Assembly: GCA_002722735.1 (NCBI GenBank) | Contig: PBMR01000019.1 | Span: 4,746-68,745 of the forward strand | Direction: 5' to 3' | Length of the DNA: 64,000 nucleotides | DNA from: Methanobacteriota archaeon | GTDB lineage: Archaea > Thermoplasmatota > Poseidoniia > Poseidoniales > Thalassarchaeaceae | Part shown: piece after piece, positions 33,828 through 44,319 of the stretch | Numbering within the stretch: position 1 is the stretch's first letter | How the letters are laid out: every line of letters begins with the position of its first letter | The notes under the pieces: model-generated | Told to the model about the DNA's origin: nothing | The model's input: only the letters and a program-made list of their open reading frames with translations | Databases searched by the model: none | Made by a program: the position numbers and the translations under genes

Positions 33828-36800
33828 ATGCGTGATAGTGCATCTCCGTTCTTGCCATTAATGGTCGCATGCATGGTCATCGTCCTCGACCTCTCGGCGG
33901 GGGCGGTCGCGAGCATCCACCCAGTGGGAGAGTTGGATGGCATGCCCTCGGAGCTCCGCTCCAGCAATCCCCCTGCCCTGATGTGCGGCCTCGACCCATG
34001 CCCCCCCAAGGACAGGTCCCCGACCCACTCCCCACTAGATGCGGGGGCCCAAGTCCAAGAGTTCGGGTGGTGGCTGGAATTCTGGTCGGACGCGGATTAC
34101 AATGGGATGGACGACAGGCTCCAATTAGTTCTCTCTGGGCAGAGGGAGTCGGTATCCAAGACTGCCATTACGGGTGATGATGGTCGCCTTACCGTCGCGA
34201 TCATCGTCCATTACGCATGGCATCCCGGGCCCTCTGACATCGCTGCACTCATTGATGCAATTTCGGCACATGGCTGGGAGGACGATGGGTCTTGGTTCAT
34301 GCCCATGGACCACCTTGATGCCATCGTCCTAGACCACGTTCCCATCAGCGCCCTGATTGGCGTTTGGGAGCTCGATGGTGTCATGCTCGTGGAGGAGCAG
34401 AACGTCATCGTGCCATATCTGGCCGAGTCGGCTAGGGGGTCCAAGGTGAGGAATTCCGGATTGTATGATGGCGATACCCTCAGGGCAATAGGGTACTCAG
34501 GTTCAGGAATCGTCATTGCAATCGTCGACACCGGAGTTGACAACGAGCACTATTCCCTAGATGACTTCTCAGATGATAATCGCGACAACGAGAAGGATCC
34601 CGACGATCTTTCCGACCCGAAATGGGTCGCGGGGTGTGATGCAACGGGGATCGGCGAGTCTGGTTGCAGTGAGGAGGACCCAGATGACGGCGATGGGCAT
34701 GGCACTCATGTCGCTGGCATCGCCTTGGGAACTGGCGATTGGAATCGCCACCACCAGGGCTACGCACCGGGCTCATACCTCGTGGACGTCAAGGTCATGC
34801 AGGACTACGGAGGCGGAAACTCGCAGTCCATACTGGCCGGACTACAGTGGATCATCAACAATCACGAGACGGACTGGGGCAATAACGAGTCAAGCAATGG
34901 CATAGACATTGTCTCCATGTCCTTTGGCCAACAGAGCACCCCCGGTGGTGACAACTCGGACGACGGTACCTCTGCCGAGGCCCAACTCGTCAACCAGGCC
35001 TCGGATGAGGGGCTTGTCTGCGTGGCTGCAATCGGAAACGATGGGGAAAACAGCGTCAATTCCGTTGGTGCGGCAGACACGGCCATCACAGTAGGTTGGT
35101 TGGATGACGAGAATACCATCAAAAGAAGTGATGATTCGATTTCAAGCAATTCCAACTACGGCCCCAGAGAAGATGACGGGGATGGCGACTCATATGACGA
35201 ATTGAAGCCATGGGTAGTCGCACCTGGCGAGGATGTCTACTCGGCGAAGCACGGTGAGTCGAGCAGCATCCTCCCTGGATCCGAGATTAACAGGGCATCG
35301 GGCGAATACACATCAAAGTCAGGCTCCAGCATGTCAACCCCGGCGGTCGCGGGCATGGTTGCAATAATGCTTGAGATCGGCGAGGTTCGTGGATTCGATT
35401 TCATGCGAGAGGGCAAGGGGATATGGAGGAGCGAGGCCATCATGGACTATCTAATGATGCATTCTGAATCCAGAGGAGAAGAGACTCGAGAGCACCGCGG
35501 GGAGAGTTGGAACAACCGTTATGGATTCGGGATCATCGATGGCGGGATGGTTGCGAATGGGATGCTTGGGGTGGGGCAAAACGATAGCGGTGGGCCCGTT
35601 CCCCCGCTAAGCGGATACTGGGTAGATATTGAGAGTCCGCCGAAATTCTCCTGGGTGATTCAAGAAGAAACCTACAATCTCCGTGGGCATATCAACGAGC
35701 ATGGAGAGGCAAACGGCTCCATAGATGAGGTGCTGGTCAAGATTGAGTACAAGTTCAAACCCAGTCCGAACGATCCTGTTTCAACGGCCACCCTTGTGGA
35801 ATGGCACAATCCGATTGCCCCGGTGGGAGAGGGGGCATTTGGCATCTCCAACTGGACGACTTCATTCACTGTTCCATCATTATCGGAAGATTTCAGCAAT
35901 TTAGAGCTCATCGCCAGAGTCTCCGCTAGAAACGACATTGGCCAGTGGAGCAACATGACGGAGTTCGCATACCCCATAGGGACAGTCAACATCACTCTGA
36001 ACTCCCCCAGCGGACAATCCCCCATTAGTGGCGAAGTAGAGGTTTCTGGGATGTTCCAATCGGTAGGAAACGCCACGATACAATGGAGATTGGACACTGA
36101 TGATTGGATCGATGCGGCAACCTACGATGATGGCTATCATGGCCGCTTTGGGGATTGGCATGACATTAATCACGCCTCTAGCTCAGAGAACTCAGAAGGC
36201 CATAATGATCCAAATTGGCGAGGTCACAAATATTGCGTCCACCAATTCAAGGAATGGCATGGTTCCTCTTCGGGGGGCGAGTGTGATGATGAGGACGATG
36301 GGTGGGAGGGGTGGAGTTTCGACTGGGACAGCACCCAAGTCAAGGATGGCGAATACAGGATTTCTGTGAGGATGCTGAGCGCTACCGGGGTCTACGCGGA
36401 GGAGATTCGAAGGTTCATCACTGTTGACAACATACCCCCAACGCCAGACCTCGTTTTCGTGAGCAAGTCAATCTCGGTCCAGGAGTTCGGCATTCCCATG
36501 TCCGAGGCATATGTGAACACCTTCCTCGAAGTGAGGGGTACGGTGAGGAACACCGGGGACAAGGCGGCCAACGATGTCGGCATAATTCTGGAGGAAGACG
36601 GATCTAGGAAGGACGAGTACGTGATTCCTAACATAGACAGTGGTGAATCCCTAGACGTGGTTCTGTACTGGAATCCATCTTCACCCCATGATGCCTCGAT
36701 CGCCATCATCATCGACCCGTTGAACACCATCGAAGAGCTCGATGACTCGAACAACAGGCTCACTGGGCCTTTTCCCGTCCTTCCCCGTCCCACCGGAGTC

Positions 36801-38795
36801 GACCTTGCTATCAGGGAAGGGGCAATTGCAACGACTCCCGTCGTGCCACGTCCCTTTGAGCAGACCCTAGTCGAGGTTCGCGTCGACAACTTGGGATCTA
36901 GTGATGCCACGAGCGTAGAAGGGTCATTGGAGATCTTGACAGAGAGGGGTTGGGAGCAAGTCAGCACTGCAAGCGCTGCATTCATTCTGGGTGGATCGTA
37001 TGCACTTCTCTCATTCCTCCACACCCCCAACCAAACTGGCCCTCAGGACCTACGGGTCAACGTCGTGGTAGAGGCTACGGACATAGACTGGGCCAATAAT
37101 GTCCGCCAACAGACGATACTTGTCGACAGATCGACGTTGACGGGCCCGAGGGAGGCTGAATTCAACACGGGAGAGAGCCCCATTGAAATCATCAACCTAG
37201 ATGATGAGGAGGGCGGCCTAGTCATTACTGAGAAGGAAAGGACGCTCTACTTGTACAAACTCACACCGAACAAGGCTCTGGTAGCGTGCAGCAACATCAT
37301 GGAAGACCGGTGGTCGGGTGACATCGTAGTGAGAAGCACCGAAGATGGCATTGCCCACGTCCTGTGGACCAGGAGGTACCTCGACTCGAATGGCTTTCTG
37401 ATGCAGACCCTGAGTTATTCCACCATTGATTCCACTTGCAAGATGACTCCGATTCAGGACCTCATGAGAGGCATACCCCTCTCGGATGGCAAGTACTGGG
37501 GGATAGACATGGATGTTAGCGATAACGAGATTATCGTGGCTGGCTACCACCGAGACCTCTTCACAGGCGGTACCCTGGATGATACCACGAATATCTTCCT
37601 CCTCCATGCTGATGCGCCTACTTCCTCCTCCGACTGGCATCTTAATCCCAGCATCATTGCTGACATCGACGTCCCACCCTCGGCCTCTGACTCACTTGCC
37701 ATCGAGTTTGGCCACGAGCGCGCGCACCTCCTCTATCAGACCACTAGGAACGATTCCACAGGCAAAGAGAGGCTGGGGGTGTGGTACGCGCACGGCCTTA
37801 TCGAGCAATCGCCGTGGCCTTACAAGAAGGCGGTCGGTGACGAGGCTTCACTACCTCATATGGTGGTGATAGTCGAGGATGAGGAGGAGAGTATCGTAGC
37901 GCTCTGGAGAGAGGGCGGGGCCCAAGACTCAGTACTACTGGCAATAGTTGCTGATGCGACCTTCGAATCCCTGAATGGATTGGAGGAACGACTACCTGCT
38001 AGGGGGATGGGTGGCATCGGGATTGTTGGAACAGAGCGTGGAATCCAGGTTCTCTATGACCATGTGGGACCATCTGGACCCCAGGTAGAATACGGAATTA
38101 TTGATCATGAGGAAGGCTGGATCGGATTGTCGAACAGGATTTTGTCTGGCCAGATTGACCTTATTGACAGGTCCTCGGAGATGGGGGAGACCGTAATGAT
38201 TCTCTCGTCCTCGAGTGGATGGCAGATTCGGTCTCTCGTCGACGACGGGGGCGGGTCCAAGAAGGAGCAGGGCCTAATCGGCCAAGTAAGATCGTCCCTC
38301 GGGCTGGATGAGGCTAGCTTCGAGATTCTGGTGATAGGCGTCGCATTCGCTGTGCTGATCATGGGTGCTGTGGCATTGATCTCACTTTCTGCTCAGGGCC
38401 TCAGGTGGGTTGGCAGAAGGCGTGCGATCGAAGACGATGATGTCGTGCTGTTGGAGGACGACGTAGTGGATTTGATTGATTCCTCTGACCTTTCAGTAAG
38501 CTCAAGGGACGTGGAACTTGTTCAGCCTCTGGAGCCTGAGCAGGATCACCTAGGGGCAGAGGGTAGGAGGGCTCGAAGGGAACGTAGGAGTGAGTCGGGG
38601 ACCGTCGCTGATTCCTCTGATTTGGAAGAGATGGTTGCGAAGACCCCTCCTGTAATGTCAGTTGAGATGGCGGGTACTGCCTCGGTCTCGGTGAGCAGCC
38701 CCGCCGTGTGCAGCAACTGCGGGGGTCGATTCGTGGTCAATTCCAAACTTAGTTCGACTAGATGCCCGGTTTGCCAGGAAAGAGTCCACCTCTGA
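33828..38795 (+). CDS. giant (1655 aa) surface subtilisin-family (S8) serine protease with CARDB-like domains, a C-terminal TM and a cytoplasmic zinc-ribbon tail
   Basis: Signal peptide present. Catalytic triad motifs are IAIVDTGVD, DGHGTHVAG and GSSMSTPAVAG. CARDB-like segments (EVRGTVRNTGDKAAND..., VEVRVDNLGSSDAT). TM is ILVIGVAFAVLIMGAVALISL. The tail ends CSNCGGRFVVNSKLSSTRCPVC. Confidence 0.85.
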   Translation: MRDSASPFLPLMVACMVIVLDLSAGAVASIHPVGELDGMPSELRSSNPPALMCGLDPCPPKDRSPTHSPLDAGAQVQEFGWWLEFWSDADYNGMDDRLQLVLSGQRESVSKTAITGDDGRLTVAIIVHYAWHPGPSDIAALIDAISAHGWEDDGSWFMPMDHLDAIVLDHVPISALIGVWELDGVMLVEEQNVIVPYLAESARGSKVRNSGLYDGDTLRAIGYSGSGIVIAIVDTGVDNEHYSLDDFSDDNRDNEKDPDDLSDPKWVAGCDATGIGESGCSEEDPDDGDGHGTHVAGIALGTGDWNRHHQGYAPGSYLVDVKVMQDYGGGNSQSILAGLQWIINNHETDWGNNESSNGIDIVSMSFGQQSTPGGDNSDDGTSAEAQLVNQASDEGLVCVAAIGNDGENSVNSVGAADTAITVGWLDDENTIKRSDDSISSNSNYGPREDDGDGDSYDELKPWVVAPGEDVYSAKHGESSSILPGSEINRASGEYTSKSGSSMSTPAVAGMVAIMLEIGEVRGFDFMREGKGIWRSEAIMDYLMMHSESRGEETREHRGESWNNRYGFGIIDGGMVANGMLGVGQNDSGGPVPPLSGYWVDIESPPKFSWVIQEETYNLRGHINEHGEANGSIDEVLVKIEYKFKPSPNDPVSTATLVEWHNPIAPVGEGAFGISNWTTSFTVPSLSEDFSNLELIARVSARNDIGQWSNMTEFAYPIGTVNITLNSPSGQSPISGEVEVSGMFQSVGNATIQWRLDTDDWIDAATYDDGYHGRFGDWHDINHASSSENSEGHNDPNWRGHKYCVHQFKEWHGSSSGGECDDEDDGWEGWSFDWDSTQVKDGEYRISVRMLSATGVYAEEIRRFITVDNIPPTPDLVFVSKSISVQEFGIPMSEAYVNTFLEVRGTVRNTGDKAANDVGIILEEDGSRKDEYVIPNIDSGESLDVVLYWNPSSPHDASIAIIIDPLNTIEELDDSNNRLTGPFPVLPRPTGVDLAIREGAIATTPVVPRPFEQTLVEVRVDNLGSSDATSVEGSLEILTERGWEQVSTASAAFILGGSYALLSFLHTPNQTGPQDLRVNVVVEATDIDWANNVRQQTILVDRSTLTGPREAEFNTGESPIEIINLDDEEGGLVITEKERTLYLYKLTPNKALVACSNIMEDRWSGDIVVRSTEDGIAHVLWTRRYLDSNGFLMQTLSYSTIDSTCKMTPIQDLMRGIPLSDGKYWGIDMDVSDNEIIVAGYHRDLFTGGTLDDTTNIFLLHADAPTSSSDWHLNPSIIADIDVPPSASDSLAIEFGHERAHLLYQTTRNDSTGKERLGVWYAHGLIEQSPWPYKKAVGDEASLPHMVVIVEDEEESIVALWREGGAQDSVLLAIVADATFESLNGLEERLPARGMGGIGIVGTERGIQVLYDHVGPSGPQVEYGIIDHEEGWIGLSNRILSGQIDLIDRSSEMGETVMILSSSSGWQIRSLVDDGGGSKKEQGLIGQVRSSLGLDEASFEILVIGVAFAVLIMGAVALISLSAQGLRWVGRRRAIEDDDVVLLEDDVVDLIDSSDLSVSSRDVELVQPLEPEQDHLGAEGRRARRERRSESGTVADSSDLEEMVAKTPPVMSVEMAGTASVSVSSPAVCSNCGGRFVVNSKLSSTRCPVCQERVHL

Positions 38796-38804
38796 GGTTC
38801 CTGG

Positions 38805-39446
38805 ATGCCAGTGGTCCTCCTTGCCTCGGCCTCAGCGAGACGACGTGCCTGGCTCTCGGATCGATTGGAAGACACGACTGTGACATTGGAGGTCGCTTAC
38901 CTTCAGACCCCCGAGATCGCCCCTTCGCCGGGATTGGAAGTCAGAGTGCAGGTTGAGGAAACGTGCCTATCGAAGGCCAGTGCCGCGGTGATGGAGCTGA
39001 CGGTTGAAAACTCACGGGAATTGCCTGACTACGCACTCGTGGCAGACACCCTAGTAGAGGATCCTGATGACCCTCAGATGCCATTGGGGAAGGCACAGAA
39101 CAAAGCTAGTGCAACAGCCACACTGCTCAGGCTATCGGGAAGAAGGCATAGAGTATGGTCTTCCACGGCAATCCTACACCCGCCGAACGGGGTCCGGGGC
39201 ACTGTGGTGCTTGACGGTGGTTGGACAGCGGACATTTGGACCGAGTCCTCCATCGTCGAGTTCGACGAGATGGATGATGAGAGGGTAATTGAACTGATAG
39301 AGGGCGAATCCTGGAAGGGGAAGGCGGGAAGTTATGACCTAGCTGGTGAGGCAGGTTCGAACCTTGAGCTAGTTGAGGGTGAGGAAGTAACGGTCCTGGG
39401 CTTCGCGCCGAATGCCATCGAGTTCCTCATCGGAATGATTGGTTAG
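38805..39446 (+). CDS. maf: Maf-like nucleoside triphosphate pyrophosphatase
   Basis: VVLLASASARRRAWL at the N-terminus and GKAGSYDLAGEAG...VLGF near the C-terminus. Confidence 0.8.
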   Translation: MPVVLLASASARRRAWLSDRLEDTTVTLEVAYLQTPEIAPSPGLEVRVQVEETCLSKASAAVMELTVENSRELPDYALVADTLVEDPDDPQMPLGKAQNKASATATLLRLSGRRHRVWSSTAILHPPNGVRGTVVLDGGWTADIWTESSIVEFDEMDDERVIELIEGESWKGKAGSYDLAGEAGSNLELVEGEEVTVLGFAPNAIEFLIGMIG

Positions 39447-39940
39447 GCGAATACAACGCCACCGTGCTTGAGGACAAATTCCCTCTGGAGATCGTCGAAC
39501 CACTCAAGCATAGCGAGGCTGAAACGCACTGAGGCGATTTCGGCATCCGCCAAGAGGTCGTCCTGGATTCCCCTGAGCGTACCGGGGGCAGCGCCGCAGG
39601 ATACGCAAGCACCATCCAAGTCCAGAATCAGGGACAGAGCCGAGTCTCCACTGCGAATCTCCTCGATTACCGCCTCGGTAATCACCAGCCCCCCTCCATG
39701 GCCATCCAGAGCAGCTCTGACTGGGCCCAATCTGGCCATCAGAGCAGGGACCAAGTCAGCGTCGCCGATCTCTACGAGATCAACAAGGGATAGCGACTCC
39801 AGACGAGCGATCTCGAGGGGGTCGTGTGCTTCTGCAATCCTCCTTTGGGATTCCTTCCGCATAGCGGCCTCGATCTGCGCCCCGTAAGACTCCTCGAGGC
39901 TGTCCGATGAGGATTTGGAGGGATCCTCGCCGGATTTCAT
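39443..39940 (-). CDS. NifU C-terminal (Nfu)-like Fe-S cluster protein
   Basis: DGHGGGLVITE...LDLDGACVSCGAAPGTL (CxxC) motif. Divergent from sufCBD. Confidence 0.65.
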   Translation of the reverse strand: MKSGEDPSKSSSDSLEESYGAQIEAAMRKESQRRIAEAHDPLEIARLESLSLVDLVEIGDADLVPALMARLGPVRAALDGHGGGLVITEAVIEEIRSGDSALSLILDLDGACVSCGAAPGTLRGIQDDLLADAEIASVRFSLAMLEWFDDLQREFVLKHGGVVFA

Positions 39941-40033
39941 GCAATGGCGAGCAAGTTATCGGATTTAGGGTCACCTAAACCAAGGGCAGACATCAAAAGG
40001 GGACTATGTTCAGCGTGGTCAGGGAGGGAGTTA

Positions 40034-40810
40034 GTGGGTCAGGTTACGCCATTATTGGAAATCCGCAATCTGCATGCGGGAATCGGTGAATCACCAATTC
40101 TCAAGGGTATCGACCTAGTGATCAATCCTGGGGAAATCCATGCAATCATGGGACGAAACGGCAGTGGCAAGACGACCACTGCGAACATCATAATGGGCCA
40201 CCCCGACTATGAGGTCGAGCAGGGCGATGTGCTTCTCTCAGGAGAGGACCTGTTGGAGCTAGAGCCGTGGGAGAGGGCGCGCTCGGGGGTGTTCCTCTCC
40301 TTTCAGTACCCGCAAGCCATCCCTGGCCTGCAAGTGGGAAATTTCCTCAGAAAATCGGTCAGCAGCATCAAAGGGGATGAAGCGGCCAAGGGTGCGGAGT
40401 TCAGAAGCACTCTGAAGGATGCAATGAAGGCCCTCGACATTCCTCGCAGTTTCCTGTCTCGATACGTCAACGATGGTTTCAGCGGAGGCGAGAAGAAGCG
40501 TTTCGAAATTCTTCAGTTGCTGCTCCTAAAACCAAAGCTAGCAGTATTGGATGAGACGGACAGCGGACTTGACATCGATGGCATCAGGACGGTCGCTGCT
40601 GGCGTCAACTCGGCTGTCAGGGGGACTTCGACTGGGGCCCTGATCATCACACATTACTCCAGAATCCTCGAGCATGTCCGGCCAGATAGGATACATGTCC
40701 TGATGGGAGGGAGGATTGTTGCCTCAGGAGGGCCTGAGCTGGCCATTAAACTGGAAGAGAAGGGCTACGAATGGCTAGAGGTGAAATCTAAGGCGGAGGG
40801 ATGTGCGTGA
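40034..40810 (+). CDS. sufC: Fe-S cluster assembly ATPase SufC
   Basis: [13 protein letters not shown]..., [22 protein letters not shown] and LDETDSGLD. The GTG at 40034 is preceded by AGGGAGGGAG. The track ATG at 39944 would leave 3 nt to the divergent gene. Confidence 0.9.
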   Translation: MGQVTPLLEIRNLHAGIGESPILKGIDLVINPGEIHAIMGRNGSGKTTTANIIMGHPDYEVEQGDVLLSGEDLLELEPWERARSGVFLSFQYPQAIPGLQVGNFLRKSVSSIKGDEAAKGAEFRSTLKDAMKALDIPRSFLSRYVNDGFSGGEKKRFEILQLLLLKPKLAVLDETDSGLDIDGIRTVAAGVNSAVRGTSTGALIITHYSRILEHVRPDRIHVLMGGRIVASGGPELAIKLEEKGYEWLEVKSKAEGCA

Positions 40811-42219
40811 CCGTCAATCGGGAAGCGAGAGAGGCTGTCGGCGACTACAAGGCCGGATGGCATGACCCTGAGAACTCGACCATCCGCTTCGACTTCGGTC
40901 TCTCCGAGGAAGTCGTTCGTGAAATCTCGGCCCTCAAGGGCGAGCCAGGGTGGATGACAGAGACACGGGTCAAGGCCTACAGGCACTTCGTTGAGAGGCC
41001 CATGCCCACTTGGGGGAATACGCACGTCCTCGAGGATATCGACTTCGACGGCATTTGCTACTACCTTCGCTCCTCGGATGCGACCGAGAAGGAATGGGAA
41101 GACGTGCCGGAGGACATCCGCAACACCTTCGACAGGCTGGGCATCCCTGAGGCCGAGCAGAAGTGGCTCTCAGGAGTGACAGCGCAGTATGAGTCGGAGG
41201 CCGTCTACCACAGTATCCGCGAGGACCTCGAGAAGCAGGGCGTCATCTTCCTGGACATGGACAGTGGACTGCGAGAGCACCCAGACATCGTCAGAAAGTG
41301 GTTCTGCTCAGTAGTACCCCTGACGGATAACAAGTTCGCGGCCCTGAACACTGCGGTTTGGTCCGGTGGCTCATTCATCTACATCCCCAAGGGAGTTCAT
41401 GTCGAGATGCCCGTCCAAGCCTACTTTCGCATCAACGCCAAGAACATGGGCCAGTTCGAACGGACTCTGATTATCGCCGATGAGGGCAGCAGCGTGCACT
41501 ACGTAGAGGGTTGCACCGCACCGACCTACTCGACTGATTCGCTGCACTCCGCCGTAGTCGAGCTCATTGCGCTACCCGGAGCCCACATACGCTATTCGAC
41601 GGTTCAGAATTGGAGTACTAACGTTTACAACCTCGTGACCAAGAGGGGTATCGCGCATGAGAAGGCCAAGATAGAGTGGGTCGACGGCAATATCGGCAGC
41701 AAGCTGACGATGAAGTATCCGGCTGTGATTCTCAAAGGCGAGGGGAGTCATGCAGAGGTAATCTCGGTGGCGTACTCGGGCGAGGGACAGCATCAGGATG
41801 CTGGTGCGAAGATCCATCACCTCGCCTCGAACACCACAAGCAAGATTCTCTCAAAGAGCATAAGCAAGAACGGTGGACGCGGTTCCTACCGGGGCCTGGT
41901 CAAAGTGTCCCCCAAAGCGAAGAACTGCAAACTCAACGTAGTCTGCGATGCCCTCATTCTAGACGAGCAGAGTCGATCTGATACATACCCCACCATGGAG
42001 GTCGCCAACCCGACTGCACGCTGTGAACACGAGGCGAGCGTATCGAAGGTGAGTGACAATCAACTGTTCTACCTAATGAGTCGCGGTCACTCCGAGGAGG
42101 AGGCTCTGGCGATGATCGTCAATGGCTTCTTCGAGCCATTCACCCGTGAACTCCCAATGGAGTACGCCGTCGAGCTGAACCAGCTGATGGCCCTCGAGAT
42201 GGAAGGCAGCATAGGCTGA
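40801..42219 (+). CDS. sufB: Fe-S cluster assembly protein SufB
   Basis: 472 aa with typical SufB blocks ([54 protein letters not shown]). Confidence 0.95.
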   Translation: MCVTVNREAREAVGDYKAGWHDPENSTIRFDFGLSEEVVREISALKGEPGWMTETRVKAYRHFVERPMPTWGNTHVLEDIDFDGICYYLRSSDATEKEWEDVPEDIRNTFDRLGIPEAEQKWLSGVTAQYESEAVYHSIREDLEKQGVIFLDMDSGLREHPDIVRKWFCSVVPLTDNKFAALNTAVWSGGSFIYIPKGVHVEMPVQAYFRINAKNMGQFERTLIIADEGSSVHYVEGCTAPTYSTDSLHSAVVELIALPGAHIRYSTVQNWSTNVYNLVTKRGIAHEKAKIEWVDGNIGSKLTMKYPAVILKGEGSHAEVISVAYSGEGQHQDAGAKIHHLASNTTSKILSKSISKNGGRGSYRGLVKVSPKAKNCKLNVVCDALILDEQSRSDTYPTMEVANPTARCEHEASVSKVSDNQLFYLMSRGHSEEEALAMIVNGFFEPFTRELPMEYAVELNQLMALEMEGSIG

Positions 42220-42228
42220 GGTGGGCGA

Positions 42229-43347
42229 TTGGACACAGCCTCGGAGTACCTTTCGCTCGACGAACCCGATAGGTCCAGCCACCTGTGGAGGTACACACCG
42301 TGGCGCAGAGTCCACCCCACTGGTGATGTCGCATGCATTCCAGAGGTGGGATCACCATCTTTGAGACTCACCGACCTCGATGGCAACGCTGCTCCCAATG
42401 GAATCAGGCTGGAGAAGGGCATCGTGCCCTTCTCAGGACTGCCCCAGAATGATCCCATCACCAACTCCTTCCTGCAAGCTGCCTCGGCCGGTTCTCAATG
42501 GACCCTGATCATCGATCCGAACTTCTCCTCAATTGGCCCTCTATTGCTAGACATAGATTCGGGTGATTCCTCATCGGCCCTGCATCTCTCGCTCGATGTC
42601 GGGAGATTGTCCGAACTGGAGATTATCACCCGCGTGACTGGCTGCAGTGAGTGGTTCGGCCTTCTACGCACCGGAGAGATTGGGGAAGGGGCCATCCTCA
42701 ACGATGTAGTGGCTTGCACGAAGGATAAGGGGACTTTGCTCCGCGTGGATTCAATTTCCTTAGGCAGGGACGCACGGGTAAGGGCAGGAACGGCGTCTTT
42801 CGGTTCAGAGCGCACCAAAGCAGACCTGCGATACATGATGGGAGAATCCGGTAGTGACCTCAGGGTTCTCGGGTCGATACTGTCTGCCGATACTATGCAA
42901 TTGGATCACCATGTGGAAATATACCACGATGCTCCAGAGACTTTCAGTCGACTGGCCTGGCACTCGGTGTGTGGGGGTTGTAGCAGGACCGTCGGAACGG
43001 GGATGCTCAGGATCGCCGATGGCTCACGTGGTGCGGATGCTTCCCAGACATTCCACAATCTGCTTCTTTCCAAGGATGCCGAGGCAGACTCGATACCCGA
43101 ATTGGAAGTTCTGGAGCACGAGGTCGTGGGATGCGGTCATGGGACAGCGAACGGACCTATTGACCAAGATCAGCTCTTCTACCTGGGTGCTAGGGGGCTC
43201 GACCCATCGGATGCCAGAATCGCCCTGATCACCGCTTTCCTCAATTCGACTCTCTCTGAAATGGGCAGTAGCACCCTCCATGACTGGTTGGTCGAGTTGC
43301 TGGTTGGTGAATTGGAGTCACTTGTGCTTGACCCATTGGAAAATTAG
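42229..43347 (+). CDS. sufD: Fe-S cluster assembly protein SufD
   Basis: SufB/D beta-helix C-terminal blocks (CGHGTANGPIDQDQLFYLGARG). Position after sufB. Non-ATG start. Confidence 0.85.
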   Translation: MDTASEYLSLDEPDRSSHLWRYTPWRRVHPTGDVACIPEVGSPSLRLTDLDGNAAPNGIRLEKGIVPFSGLPQNDPITNSFLQAASAGSQWTLIIDPNFSSIGPLLLDIDSGDSSSALHLSLDVGRLSELEIITRVTGCSEWFGLLRTGEIGEGAILNDVVACTKDKGTLLRVDSISLGRDARVRAGTASFGSERTKADLRYMMGESGSDLRVLGSILSADTMQLDHHVEIYHDAPETFSRLAWHSVCGGCSRTVGTGMLRIADGSRGADASQTFHNLLLSKDAEADSIPELEVLEHEVVGCGHGTANGPIDQDQLFYLGARGLDPSDARIALITAFLNSTLSEMGSSTLHDWLVELLVGELESLVLDPLEN

Positions 43348-43407
43348 GCTGAACGATTCCTGTAACTGGATAGCAGGGGTCTATCAGAAGGTCTGAAGCG
43401 AGGTCGA

Positions 43408-44313
43408 ATGCGAAGCGTCCCTGCTCGTTACCAAGCCATGCCTGATTGCCTTGGAGTATCCAAGTCCCTCCACGCATCTGCGAACATGGGCATGCACATG
43501 ATACCAAATGGTGAAATCAGGGCTTTGGCTCGAGTAATTGGGATGACGGAGATTGAAGTGATTGTCTCGAAGTTGAAGAATGGGCTCACTGATAGGCAGC
43601 GCGAGGTGAAGATTTCCATTATTCTCACAGGTATTGCCGGGGGTTACCTACTCCTCTGCCTTGTCGCACCTGCTACAATTGCCTCCGACACGGTTCCAGA
43701 ACTATCGGGAAGGGCGAATGCCATCGACTATGCCAATCACGACAGTTGGGGCAATAAGGACCATGGCGAAGGTTCGACACTCGGGCATGACCAATCCCTC
43801 CATGGGGGTAGCTTCGCTTGGACCGATCTCAATCCTGCTTGGGCCTCAGTATACGCGATAGGGGACTTAAATTGCCACCAGAAGCACCAGAGATCCTGGG
43901 AGGTTAACGGCAATCAAATGCCAGTTTGCGTTAGGGACATCGGAATAATGCTAGGCTTCGCCATTGGGAGCGCAATTTTCGGATATAGGGGATTGAACAG
44001 GTGGACGGTTCGCGACACCTTCCTCTCAGTCCTGCCCGATGAACGCCTTACTGCCCTCTATGCGAGGGATTCGAGACTAATTGCGGTAATCGTGATAATG
44101 TGCATTGGCCTAGTGCCAATGGCCATCGATGGTTTCACCCAATTGCTCATGGGTTCCTACGAGTCCACGAATCCGGTCAGACTAGTCACGGGCTTCGCTG
44201 CCGGGCTCGTCGCTGGGTGGTGGTTCACCTCAGCTTTCGCTGCAAGGCCGAAGTTCTTCGAGGGAGCCAGCGAAGTGACCCTCCCAGCCGATGCTAGGCT
44301 CGTAATCAAGTAG
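43408..44313 (+). CDS. DUF2085-like integral membrane protein
   Basis: CHQKHQRSW...MPVCVRDIGIMLG and DGFTQLL...YESTNPVRLVTG motifs. N-terminal start uncertain. Confidence 0.6.
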   Translation: MRSVPARYQAMPDCLGVSKSLHASANMGMHMIPNGEIRALARVIGMTEIEVIVSKLKNGLTDRQREVKISIILTGIAGGYLLLCLVAPATIASDTVPELSGRANAIDYANHDSWGNKDHGEGSTLGHDQSLHGGSFAWTDLNPAWASVYAIGDLNCHQKHQRSWEVNGNQMPVCVRDIGIMLGFAIGSAIFGYRGLNRWTVRDTFLSVLPDERLTALYARDSRLIAVIVIMCIGLVPMAIDGFTQLLMGSYESTNPVRLVTGFAAGLVAGWWFTSAFAARPKFFEGASEVTLPADARLVIK

Positions 44314-44319
44314 TCGGGC

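Noticed and set aside
39944-40033. ATG 39944 as the sufC start
   Set aside because: It would leave 3 nt to the divergent NifU-like gene and add 30 non-conserved residues. GTG 40034, with an AGGGAGGGAG upstream, matches the usual SufC N-terminus.
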